Below are positions 36,150-49,900 of a DNA stretch of 64,000 nt, in pieces (within the stretch, counting starts at the first letter, position 1; the number at the start of each line of letters is the position of its first letter). This stretch comes from Malacoraja senta (Eukaryota): assembly GCA_038087875.1 (NCBI GenBank), contig JAXLNO010000051.1, positions 62,001 to 126,000 on the forward strand. The letters are read 5' to 3'. The notes beneath the pieces were generated by a model that was not told the DNA's origin, made no database searches, and saw only the letters and a program-made list of their open reading frames with translations. A program made the position numbers and the translations under genes.

Positions 36150-38874
36150 CTCTCTCGACTCGAACTCGAACTCTATCTCGATCTCGAACTCTCTCTCGAA
36201 CTCGATCTCGAACTCGATCTCGAACTCGAACTCGCACTATCTCGAACTCTCTCTCGAACTTTTTCTCGAACTCGATCTCGAACTCGCACTCTATCTCGAA
36301 CTCTCTCTCGAACTTTCTCTCGAACTCGCACTCTATCTCGAACTCGAATTCGAACTCGAACTCGAATACGAGCTCGAACTCTATCTCGAACTCGAGTTGG
36401 AGTTCGACTTGCTGGCGGACCAGCAAAGCAAATTCCTTGTTTGTGAATACTTGGCCAATAAATGTATTCATTCATTCATTCATTCATTCATTCATTCAAC
36501 TCGAACTGTATCTCGAACTCGATCTCGATCTCGAACTCGAATTAGAACTCGAACTGTATCATGAACTCCAACTATCGCGACATCAAAATCTATCTCGAAC
36601 TCGAACTATCGCGAACTCGATCTCGAACTTGAACTGTTTCTTGAACTCGAACTCCAGCTCGAACTCGAACAATCTCGAACTCCAACTCCAACATCGAACT
36701 TGAACTCGAACTCTATCTCGAACTCGAACTCGAACTCTATCACAAACTCTATCTCTAACGAACTCGAACTCGAACTCGAAATCGATCTCGAACACGGATT
36801 CGAACTCGAACTCGAACTCGTACCTAATCTCGAACTCGAGTTGGAGTTCGACTTGCTAGCGGAGCACCAAGGCAAATAAATGTATTGATTGATTGATTCA
36901 TTCATTCATTCATTCATTCATTCATTCATTCATGTTTTCATTCATTCATTCATTCATTCATTCTTTTATTCATTCATTCATTCATTCATTCATTCATTCA
37001 ACACGAACTCGAACTCGAACTATCTCGAACTCGAATTCGAACTCGTATATCTCGAACTCGAACTCTATCTCGACCTCGAAATCTACCTCGAACACTCTCT
37101 CGAACTCGAACTCGATCTGGAACTCGATCTCGAACTATATATCGAACTCTCTGTCGAACACAAACTCTATCTCGAACACCATCTCGACCTCGAACGCTAT
37201 TTCATACTCGAGTTGGAGTTCGACTTGCGGGCGGAGCACCAAGGCAAATTCCTTGTATGTGAAGACTTGGCCAATAAATTCATTCATTCATTCATTCGTT
37301 CATTCATTCATTCGAAATCGAAAGAACTAGAACTCGAACTCTATCTCGAACTCGAATTCAAACTCTAACTGTATCTCGAACTCTATCTCGAACTATCTCT
37401 CTCGAACCAGAACTCGATCTCGAACTCGATCTCGAACTCGTCCTTGAACTTGAAGTCGAACTATATCTCGAACGTACTCTATCGAACTCCAACTCCGATT
37501 CCAACTCGAACTTGGACTCGAACTATATCACAAACTCGCACTCGAACTCGAACTCGAACTCGTACTCGAACTCGAACTCGTACTCGAACTCGAACTCGAA
37601 CTATATCTCGAGCTCGAACTCTATCTCGAACTCGATCTATCTCGAACGCGAACACTACCTCGAACTCCAATTCCAACTCAAACTTGAACTCGAACTATCT
37701 GGAACTCTACCTCGCTCGAACTATATGTCGAAATCACTCCCGAACTCGAAATCCAACTCTATCTCGAACTCGACTTCGAATTCGAACTCTATCTCGAACT
37801 CGATGTCGAACTCGAAATTGAATTCGAACTCGAACTCGAACTCGAACTCTAACTCTTTCTCGAACTCGAATTCGAACGAACTCTATCTCGAACTCGAACT
37901 CTATCTCGAACTCGAACTCGAACTCGAACTCGAACTCACTCGAACTCCAACTCCAACTCCAACTCCAACTCGAAATTGAACTCGAACTCTTTCACGAACT
38001 CTATCTCGAACTCGAATTCGAAATGGAACTATATCGAACTGTAACTCGATCTCTATCACGAACTCTCAATCGAACGCGAACTCGATCTCGAACTCGAACT
38101 GGAACTCGAACTAGAATTCGATCTCAATGAACTCGAACTCGTACTCTATCTCGAATTGGAACTCTATCTCGAACTCGAATTCTTATCTTGAACTCGAACT
38201 CGAAATCTCTCTCTCTCGAAATCTACCTCGAACTCTATCTCCAATTATCTCGAACGCGAACTCGATCTTGAACTCGAACTCGAAATCTATCTTGAACTCG
38301 AACTCGAACTCTATCTTGAACTCGAACTCTATCTCTGCCTAAAACTCGAATTCGATCTCTAAATATCTCGACCTCGAACGCTATCTCGAACTCGAAATCT
38401 ACCTCGAACTCGAACTCCTACTGGAACTCGAAATCTCTCTCGAATTCGATCTCGAACGAGTTCGAGTTACGGGCGGAGCACCAAGGCAAATTCCTTGTAT
38501 GTGAATACATGCCCAATAAACGTATTCATTCATTCATTCATTTAACTCGAACTCGAGCTCGAACGAACTCGAACTATATCGAACTCGATTTCGAACTGTA
38601 TATATCTCGACCTTGAAATCTATCTCGAACTCGAAATCTATCTCGAACTCGAATTCGAACTGGAACTCGAAATCTATCTCGAACTCGAACTCGAATTCGA
38701 TCTAGAACATGAGTTGGAGTTCGAGTTACGGGCGGAGCACCAAGGCAAATTCCTTGTATGTGAATATTGGCCAATAAACGTATTCATTCATTTATTCATT
38801 TAACTCGAGCTCGAGCTCGAACTTGAACTCGAACCCGAACTGTATCTCGAACTCGAACTATCTCGAACTCGAAA

Positions 38875-38876
<2 letters not shown>

Positions 38877-38913
<37 letters not shown>

Positions 38914-40661
38914 TTTTATTTTTTTTTTTATTTTTTATTTTTTTTTTATTTTTTAGAAGTACGGTAGATTACAGTAATGTACAACACGTATATATTAATA
39001 CATTTTTTGTACCGCTTCACTTTTTTAAACTTTAAGAAAGAAAAAGAAAGAAGTAAGAAAAGTGAAGAAAGTGCGCAAAGGTTGTGAAGTGCAAAAGAGT
39101 GTTGGGAAAAGAAAGCCCCTTAGAAAAGAGGTTAGAGAAGGAAGTAAAGTTAGAAAATAGACCCTAGAAAAAAAAGAGAAAGAAAGAAGGAACAATCGCT
39201 CTATTATAACTCTTATACCATACTTCATAGAGAAGGAACTACCAACCAAGTCTATTTTTATTTTACCTCCCATTACCAGGTCCAGATACCTTTTATTTAT
39301 TTATTTGTTTTTCTAAATTACTATTGCACCTCATGCTTGTAATAGGTCCAAAAACGTAGACCACGTCTTTTGAAATTGATCTACTTTGCCTACTAGGAGG
39401 AATCTCATCTCTTCCAGATGTAATGTTTCCAACATATTTGATGTCCACATTTTTATTGTTGGTGTGGGCGCATTTTTCCAGAATTTAAGTATAAGCTTTT
39501 TTCCCATTATTAGCCCATAATTGAGTAAATTCTTCTGATACACGTTTAATTCAGGAATACCTTCCGATATTCCAAAAATAATCCATTCTGGTTTTGGTAC
39601 CAGTTTTATTTTGATTAATTTTGAAAAAATATCAAATATTTCAAACCAGAATTTTTGGATTTTTGTACAAAAAACAAAAGAATGTGCTATGGTAGCTTCT
39701 TGACATATACATTTATCACAGATTGGTGAGACGTTAGGAAAGATTTTATTTAGTTTGGTTTTTGAATAATATAATCTATGTAATGTTTTAAATTGGATAA
39801 GCGTATGTCGTACGTTGATCGAGCATTTATGCACCTGTAATAAATGATTATCCCAACTCTCTTTTGAAATTTTTATACCTAGATCTTGTTCCCAATCTCT
39901 TCTAATTCCATCTGTTGTGGGTATTTCTATATTTAAGATGATATTATATAAGTATGATATTAAATTAACTGATTCCGCCTTTGTCTTCATTGCTTCATCT
40001 AGTAAGTCGGAAGGCATATTATAATAATCTTTTGTGTGTGTTTTCAAATAGTCACAGATTTGTATATATTTAAAATATTGATTATTTTTCAAATTATATT
40101 TCAGTTGTAGTTGTTGGAATGATAGTAATTTTTCTAATTCATACAGATCTTCGAGCGTTTTAATTCCCATTCTTTCCCATTGTATAAATGCTTTATCTAT
40201 GATTGAAGGTTTAAACGATGGGTTATTGACTATTGGTATTAAGAGAGATAGGTTTCTTAATTTTAGATTCTGTTTTATTTGCTTCCATGTTCTAATAGTG
40301 CTATATATAATTGGATTTTTATTATAATTTTTATTATTCAAATTTATTGGAGAGAGAATAATCGCTCCTATATTATTCGGGGAGCAATCCCCTTTTTCCA
40401 TTCTAATCCAGTCCACCTGCTGGGCAGAATTGTCCAGCAGGTGAATCATATTTTTAATATTTACTGCCCAGTTATAATACATAAAGTTAGGGAGCGCTAG
40501 ACCCCCCAACTCTTTTCGTTTGTTAAGGTGTGTTCTTTGTATTCTGTGGGATTTGTAATCCCATATAAAATTTGTAATGTCTGAGTCCAGTTTTTTGAAA
40601 AACTTTTTTGGGAGATATATAGGTATTGATTGAAATAGGTAAAGGATTTGTGGTAAGAAAA
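38877..40661 (-). mobile_element. 5'-truncated L1-clade LINE with a long poly(A) tail and 14-bp TSD
   Basis: 392-aa open ORF2 C-terminus (GGLALPNF..CDKC..H). Poly(T) from 38877; TSD TCGAACTCGAAATC at 38863-38876 and 40662-40675. Confidence 0.93.
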
Positions 40662-43600
40662 TCGAACTCGAAATCTATCTCGAACTCGAACTCCAACTCC
40701 AACTCCAACTAGAACTCGAACTCGATCACGAACTCTATCTCGAACTCGAACTTGCTCTCGAACTCGCACTCGAACTCGTACTCTCTCGGATCGCAAAACC
40801 GATTTGGAGTTCGACTTGCGGGCGGAGCACCAAGGCAAATTCCGTGTATGTGAATACATGGCCAGTCAACGTATTCATTCATTCATCCATTCAGTCAACT
40901 CGAACTCGCTCTCGAACTCAAACGCGAACTCTATCTCGAACTCGATCTCGAACTCGAATTCGATCTCGAACTCGTTGGATTTCGACTTACGGGCGGAGCA
41001 CCGAGGCAAACACCTAGTATGTGAATACTTGGCCAATAAACTTATTCATTCATTCATTCATTCATTCATTTAACTCGAACTTGAACTTGAACAGGAACTC
41101 GTACTCCATCTCGAACTCTATCTCGAACTCGGGTTGGAGATCGACTTGGTGGCGTACCTCCAAGGCAAATTCCCTGTATGTGAATACATGGCCAATAAAT
41201 TAATTCATTCATACATTCATTCATTCACTCATTCAACCATTTATTCATTCATTCAACTCGAACTCCAGCTGGAACTCGTACTCGAGCTCGAACTCAATCT
41301 CGAACTCTATCTCGAACTCTATCTCGAACTATCTCGAACGCGAACTCGATCTCAAACTATCTCGAACGCGAACTCGATCTCAAACTCGATCTCGAACTCG
41401 AACTTTATCTTGAACTCGAACTCTATCTTGAATTCGAACTATCTCCAGCTAAAACTCGAATCCGAACTCGAACTATCTCGACCTCGAACTTTATCTCGAA
41501 CTCGAAATCTATCTCGAACTCGAACTCGAATTCGATCTCGAACCCGTTGGATTTCGACTTACGGGCGGAGCACCAAGGCAAACACCTAGTATGTGAATAC
41601 TTTGCCAATAAACATTCATTCATTCATTCATTTAACTCGAACTCGAGCTCAAACTTGAACTCGAACTCCAACTCTATCACGAACTCTATCTCGAAATCGA
41701 ACTCTATCTCCATCTCCAACTCGATCTCAAACTCAAGCTCGAGTTCGACTTGCGGGCGGAGCTCCAAGGCAAATTCCTTGTATGTGAATACATGTCCGAT
41801 AAACATTCATTCATTCCTTCTTCATTCATTCAGTCAACTCGAACTCGAACTCGAACTCTTATCTCGAACTATATCTCGAACTCCAACTCCAACTCGAACT
41901 ATCCCGAACTATCTCGAACGCGAACTCGATCTCGAACTCGAACTTGAACTCGAACTCTATCTCCAACTAAAACTCGAATTCGAACTAAATATCTTGGCCT
42001 CGAACTCTATCTGGAACTGGAAATCTATCTCGAACCCGAACTAGAAATCGATCTCGAACTCGAGTTGGAGTTCGAGCTCCCGGCGGAGCACCAAGGCAAA
42101 TTCCTTGTATGTGAATAATTGGCCAATAAACGTATTCGTTCATTCATACATTCATTTAACTCGAACTCGAGCTCGAACTTGAACTCGAACTCGAACTCTA
42201 TCTCGAACTGTATCTCGAACTCGAACTCCAACTCGAACTCCAACTCCAACTTGATCTCGAACTCTATCTCGAATTCTCTCTCCAACTAAAACTCGAACTC
42301 GTACTCTGTCTCGAACTCGAACTATCTCGAACTCGAATTCGAAATATCTCGAAATCTCTCACGAACTTGAACTCTATCTCGACCACTATCTCGAACTATC
42401 TCAAACGCAAACTCGATCTCAAACTAGATCTCGATCTCGAACTCGAACTTTATCTTGAATTCGATCTCAAAATTTATGTTGAACTCGAACACTATCTCTA
42501 GCTAAAACTGGAATTCGAATTTGAACTATCCCGACCTCGAACATTATCTCGAACTCGAAATCTATCTCGAACTCGAACTCGAAATCTATCTCGAACTCGA
42601 ACTCGAATTCGATCTCGAACTCGAGTTGGATTTCGACTTACGGGTTCATTCACAAACAAATTCCTTGTTTGTGAATACTTGGCCAATAAACTAATTCATT
42701 CATTCATTCATTCATTCCTTCAACTCGAACTAAAACTCGAACTCGTACTCTATCTCGAACTCGAACTCTTATCTCAAACTCGAACTATCTCGAACTCTAT
42801 CTCGAACTATCTCGAACGCGAACTCGATCTCGAACTCAAATTCGAACTCTATCTTGAACTCGAACTCTATCTGGAACTTGCTCTCGAACTCGAACTCGAT
42901 CTCGATCTCAACTCGATCTCGAACTATCTCGAACTCGAACTCTATCTCGAACTCGAACTATCTCGAACTCGAACTCTATCTCGAACTCGAAATTTATCTC
43001 GAAATCTATCTCTCTCCCTCGATCTTGAACTCGATCTCGATCTCTATCTCGATCTCGAACCCTATCTCGAACTCGAACTATCTCGAACTCGAGTTCGGGT
43101 TCGACTTTCGGGCGGAGCACCAAGGCAACAATCTTGGCCAATAAACTTGGTGAATACTTAGTCAATAAATTTATACATTCATTCATTCAACTCGAACTGG
43201 AGCTCGAACGAACTCGAACTCGAATTCTATCTCGAACTCTAACTCGAATTCGAACTCGAACTATCTCTCTCTCTCTCTCTCTAACTAAAACTCGAACTCG
43301 TAGTCTATCTCGAACTCGAACTCTTATCTCGAACTCGAACTCGAACTATCTCGAACGCTCTCTCGAACTCGAACTCTATCTCGAACTATCTCGAATACGA
43401 ACTATCTCGAACTCGAATTCGAACTTGAACTCGAACTCTATCTTGAACTCGAACTCTATCTCTAGCTCGAACTCTTTCTCGCTCAAACTCGAACTCAATC
43501 TCGAACTCGAACTCTATCTCGAACTCTAACTCTCTCTCGAACTCGAAATCTATCTCGAACTCTCTCTCGAACTCTATCTCAAACTCTCTCTCTAACTAAA

Positions 43601-45441
43601 TCTCGAACTCGAACTCGTATTCTATCTCGATCTCGAACTATCTCGAACTCGAACACATCTCGAACTCGAAATATCTCAAACTTGAACTCTATCTCGAACT
43701 CTCTCGAACTATCTCGAACGCGAACTCGATCTCAAACACGATCTCGATCTCGAACTCGAACTTTAGTTTGAACTCGAACTCGAAATCTATCTTGAACGAA
43801 CTATTTCTAGCTGAAACTCGAATTCGAACTCGAACTCTATCTCGAACTATCTCGAACGCGAACTCGAACTCGAACTCGAACTATCTTGAACTCTAACTCG
43901 AACTATCTTGTATTCGAACTCTATATGGAACTCTCTCTAACTCGAACTCGATCTCGATCTCTATCTCGATCTCGAACTCTATCTCGAACTCAATCTCGAA
44001 CTCGAACGCCTTCTCGAACTGGAAATATATCTCGAAATCTATGTCGAACTCTCTCTCGAACTCGATATCGATCTCTATCTCTATCTCGAACCATATCTCG
44101 AACTCGAACTATCGCGAACTCGAGTTCCGGTTCGAGTTTCGGGCGGAGAACCAAGGCATAAATCTTGCCCAATAAACTTGGTGAATACTTAGTCAATAAA
44201 CTTATACATCCTTTCATTCATTCAACTCGTACTCGAGCTCGAACGAACTCGAACTCGAATTCTATCTCGAACTAGAACTCTTATTCTATCTCGAACTCGA
44301 ACTCGAATTCGAACTCGAACTCTATCTCGATCTCTCTCTCTCTAAACATAACTCGAACTCGTACTCTATCTCTAACTTGATCTTTTAGCTCGAAGGCAAA
44401 TTCCTTGTATGTGAATACTTGGCCAATAAACTTATTCATTCATTCATTCATCCATTCATTCATTCATTCAACTTGAACTCGAACTCGAACTCAAACGAAT
44501 TTGAACTTGAACTCCAACTCGAACATGAACTCGAACCATCTCCAACTCGAACATGAACTCGAACTCTAACTCTAATTCTATCACGAACTCTATCTCGAAC
44601 TCGAACTCTATCTCTATCGACTTGCGGGCGGAGCACCAAGACAAACTCCTTGTATGTGAATACATAGCCAATAAACTTATGCATTCATTCATTCATTAAT
44701 TTACTGTATCTCGAACTCGAAATCACTCTCGAACTCGAACTCTCTCGAACTCGATCTCGAACTCTATCTTGAACTCGTACTCGAACTCGAACTGTATCTC
44801 GTACTCGAACTCTATCTCGAACTCGAACGCGAACTCCAACTCCAACTACAAATCGAACGAACTCGAACTCTATCTCGAATTTTATCACGAACTGTATATC
44901 TATCTCGAACTCTTTCGCGAACTCGAATACGAACTCGAACTCGAACTCTATCTCGAACACGAACTATCTAGAACCCGAACGAGAAACTGGAACTCATATT
45001 CTATCTCGAACTTGAGTAGGAGTTCGACTTACGGGCGGAGCACCAAGGCAAATTCGTTGTATGCGAATACTTGGCCAGTAAACTTATTCATTCATTCATG
45101 CATTCATTCATTCATTCATTGAACTCTAACTCGAGCTCGAACTTGAATGCGAACCCGAACACTATCTCGAACTCTATCACAAACTTTATCTCGAACTCGA
45201 AATCTATCTCGAATTCGAAGTCTATCTCGAACTCTCTCTAGAACTCGAACTCTATCTCGAACTCGATCTCGAACTCGAATTCGAATTCGAACTCTAACGC
45301 TATTCATTCATTCATTCATTCATTCATTCATTCATTTAACTCGAACTCGAGCTCGAACTTGAACTCTAACTCTATCTATCTCGAACTCGAATTCTATCTC
45401 GACCCTCAAATCTATCTCGAACTCGAACTCCAACTCCAACT

Positions 45442-46632
45442 TGGATTTACGAAGGGGAAATCATGCTTGATTAATCTACTGGAATGTTTTGAAGATGTAA
45501 CTAGGAAAATGGACAAGGGAGAGCCCGTGGATGTAGTGTACCTGGACTTTCAGAAAGCATTTGATAAGGTCCCACATAGGAGATTAGTGGGCAAAATTAG
45601 GGCACTTGGTATTGGGGGTAGTGCTAACATGGATTGAGAAGTGGTTGGCAGACAGGAAACAAAGAATAAGGATTAGCAGGCAGTGACTAGTGGGGTACCG
45701 CAGGCTCGGTGCTGCGACCTCAGCTATTTATAATATACATCAATGATTTGGATGGAGGGATTCAAAGTAACATCAGCAAATTTGCAGATAATACAAAGCT
45801 GGGTGGCAGTGTGAACTGGGTTGAGGATGCTATGAGAATGCAGGGTGACTTGGACAGGTTGGGCAGTGGACAGATGCTTGGCAGATGAAGTTTAATGCAG
45901 ATAAATATGAGGTTATCCACTTTGGTAGCAAAAACAGGAAGGCAGATTTCTATCTAAATGGCGTCAAGTTGGGAAAAGAGGAAGTACAACGGGATCTGGG
46001 GGTCCGTGAACACCAGTCTATGAAAGTAAACAAGCAGGTACAGCAGGCAGTGAAGAAAGCGAATGGCATGTTGGTCTTTATAACAAGAGGAATCGAATAT
46101 AGGTGCAAAGAGGTCCTTCTGCAGTTGTACAGAGCCCTAGTGAGACCACATCTGGAATATTGTGTGCAGTTTTCGTCCCCTAATTTGAGGAAGGACATTC
46201 TTGTTATTGAGGGAGTGCAGCGTAGGTTTACAAGGTTAATTCCCAGGATGGAGCAGCTGGGCTTGGACACTTTGGAGTTTAGAAGGATGCGAGGGGATCT
46301 CATTGAGACATATAAGATTGTTAAGGGCTTGGACACACTAGAGGCAGGACACGTGTTCCCGGTGTTGGGGGAGTCCTGAACCAGGGACCACAGTTTAAGA
46401 ATAAGGAGTAAGCCATTTAGAACGGAGACGAGAAAACGCTTGGAGGCAGGTTCTCTGGATGCTTTCAAGAGAGAGCTAGATAGGGATCTTAAAAATAGCA
46501 CAGTCAGGGGATTTTGGGAGAAGGCAGGGACGGGGTTATGATTGGGGATAATCAGCCATGATCACATTGAATGTCGGTGCTGGCCCGAAGGGCCAAATGG
46601 CCTACACCTGCACCTATTGTCTATTGTCTATT
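45442..46632 (+). mobile_element. CR1 RT/3' fragment inside the array
   Basis: [36 protein letters not shown]; (CTATTGT)n tail. Confidence 0.92.
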
Positions 46633-46932
46633 GAACTCGAACTCTAACTCGAACTCTATCACGAATATCTCGAACTCGAACTCGAATTGCGGGCGGAGCA
46701 TCAAGGCAAATTCCTTGTATGTGAATACATGGTCAATAAACTTATTCATTCATTTATTCATGCATTCAGTAAACTCGAACTCGAACTCTCTCTCGAACTC
46801 AAACTCGCTCTCTCGAACTCGAACTCGAACTCGAACTCTCTCGAACGCGAACCAACTCCAACTCCAACTCCAAATTGAACTCGAACTCTTTCACGAACTC
46901 TATCTCGAACTCGAAATCGAACTCGAACTCGA

Positions 46933-49900
46933 ATTCTTTTTTTTAAAAATATTTTAATTTTATTAGAAGTACAATTGTATACAATCATATTTTCATAATA
47001 CATGTTATGTGCAGCTTATTTTTTTATTATAGTAAAGAAGAAAAAGAAAAAGAAATTAGATAATAAAGTATAGAAAAACGTGAGGTATATAGTGTGTGGA
47101 GAAGAAGAATAGAGAATGAAAGAAGAAAGTTAAAGAGTAGAAAATAGGAAAAAGAGAGTAAAAGAAAAAAGGAAGAAAAAGAAAAAAGAAGTAATGAGAT
47201 CTTATTTATAATCTTGACCATCCCTCGCCCAGTCACGAGACAGTTAGCTTTTACAATTGTGTTGCACCATATGATTCCAAAAAGACGTCAAATGGAGACC
47301 AACTCGTTATGAATTGGTCAGATTTATCTATTAGGAGGAATCGCATTTCCTCAAGATGTGCGGTGTCCAACATACTTGCAATCCACATTTTGAGCGTTGG
47401 CATTGGTGTATTCTTCCAAAATTTGTATTAATTTTTTTGCTATTATTAAACCATAATTAAAAAATAAATTTTGAGATGAATTCAATTTATTCCCATCCTC
47501 CATTACCCCAAGTATAATCAATTCATTATTAGGTTCCATTTTTATCTTAAATAATTTTGTAAATATTTCGAAAATATCACTCCAGAATCTATAAAGTTTT
47601 ATGCAGGAAACAAAATAGTGTGTTATAGTTGCGTTTTGGGTTAAACACTTATCGCAAATGGGGGATATATTTGGATATAATTTATTTAATCTTCTTTTTG
47701 AATAATATAATCTATGTACAATTTTAAATTGAATTAGATTATGTCTTCCATTAATCGAACATTTGTGAATGTATATCAAATACTTTTCCCATGTAACCTT
47801 CGTAATTTTTATCATTAATTCCCGTTCCCACTCTTCTCTACGTACCTCTGTCGATGGTAGGTATATATTTAAAATACTATTATATAAATATGATATTAAT
47901 TTTTGTGCGTTAGCTTTAATATTCATTGCTTCTTCCAATAAATCAGGAGTTATTTTTTGATATCCTTGTATGTATTTCTTCGTGAAATCGCAAACCTGAA
48001 GATATTTAAAATAATGGTTGTTTTTCAATTTAAATTTTAATTGTAATTGTTGAAATGATAATACATTTCCCATTTCATACATATCCCCGATCCTTTTAAT
48101 TCCTAAACTTTCCCTTTGATTATATGTTTTGTCAATAAGAGATGGTTTAAATAAAGGATTATTCGCTATTGGTATTAACAATGATAAATTTCTTAATTTT
48201 AAGGATAATTTTATTTGTTTCCATATTCTTATTGTATCATGTATAATTGGGTTCTTCTTATATATTGTATTGTTCAGTTTTTTCGGGGAGAAGAGGATCG
48301 TTCCTATATTACAAGGAAAACAATCCTCTTTCTCCATTTGTATCCATTCTGTCTGTTGATAGAACTGTCCAACCAGTAAATTATATTCTTAATATGCACT
48401 GCCGAATAATAATACAGAAAATTCTGGAGTGAAAGTCCCCCGACATCTTTTGGTTTAAATAAGTTTTTTTTTAATTCTATGTGATTTATAATCCCAAATA
48501 AAATTAGTAATGATAGAGTCTATTTTTTTTTTAAAGTATTTTGGTATATATACTGGTATAGACTGAAATACGTATAATAGTTGTGGTAGAAAGATCATTT
48601 TATAGCATTTATTCTACCTATTAATGATAAAGGTGTTTTCCAAAATGTAATCAGTATATTTAATAAAGGTATAAAATTTGTTTAATAAAGGTATAAAATT
48701 AGCATTGAATAATGCTTTATATTTTCCACTAATCTGATTACCCAAATATTTAAATTTTTCTGTTGCTGTTTTAAAGGGGAACTTCAGAAAGTGTGTAGAT
48801 TCTTGAGGTTTTAACGTCGTGATTTCACTTTTATTCCAATTTATTCTATATCCAGAAAAGGACCCAAATTCCTCTATTAAGTTTAATAAATTTGGTATGC
48901 TCGTTTGTGATTTTGTAATATATAAAAGAATATCGTCTGCATATAATGAAATTTTATTATTTGAGTATATTATAACCCTGAATATTCAGATGACTTCTTA
49001 TACTTTCAGCCAAAGGTTCTATAATAAGGGCAAATAGCAGGGGTGATAACGCCTATTACCTCTTGATAATTGAAATTTTTGAGATAACATATTATTAGTT
49101 AATATTCTTGCCATCGGTTTATCATATAATAATTTTACCCATGCAATAAAATTCTCTCCCATATAATTTTTTGCAATACTTTGTATAAATACTGCAATTC
49201 TACCTGATCAAATGCTTTCTCTGCATCCAGAGAAATAATTGATATATCTTCTTCCTCCACTTTATCTGAGTACATTATATAAGAATAGCCGTACCTCTAG
49301 ATTTAGAAGTAAATGACGAATAATATGTTTGACCTATCCACTTCGCCTTTAATCTCATTTGTGTTTGTTGTTTCATGTGAGTTTCCTGTAAAAACATTAT
49401 GTCGCTGTTCATAGATTTTAGTTGAGCAAAAATTTTACCCCTCTTAATTGGTTCATTCGCACCCCTTATATTCCAACTACAGAATGTAATTCCTCCATTC
49501 TTTATTTGTCTATCGTCTTGCATTATATATCAAAATAGTATTCCTGAATCATATGGTGCAACCAAATACCTCAGAGTTCTGGGTGTTGAGTGGTCATGCT
49601 AAATGTTTAGATTTATATAGCATCTCCTTCTTGTGTAGTGCCTTTGGAAAAGAAAAGAAAGATGTGATATAAAATTGATTACAAAAAAAGTGAGCGAATA
49701 AAAGTCTTTATAGTGAAAAAAAAGTGCTCTTAAGATATCTAAGAAAAGATATCTTAAAGACGAATGGCCACCTAAGGTGGCGAAAAATGTATAGACTTAC
49801 GTTGATGTTGTTATACATTGAGCTCCAACTCCTTAATAGATCCTCATAAAAAGCTACAGACCGTTACATATTTTATCTTTGCTTATATAAATTTATCAAA

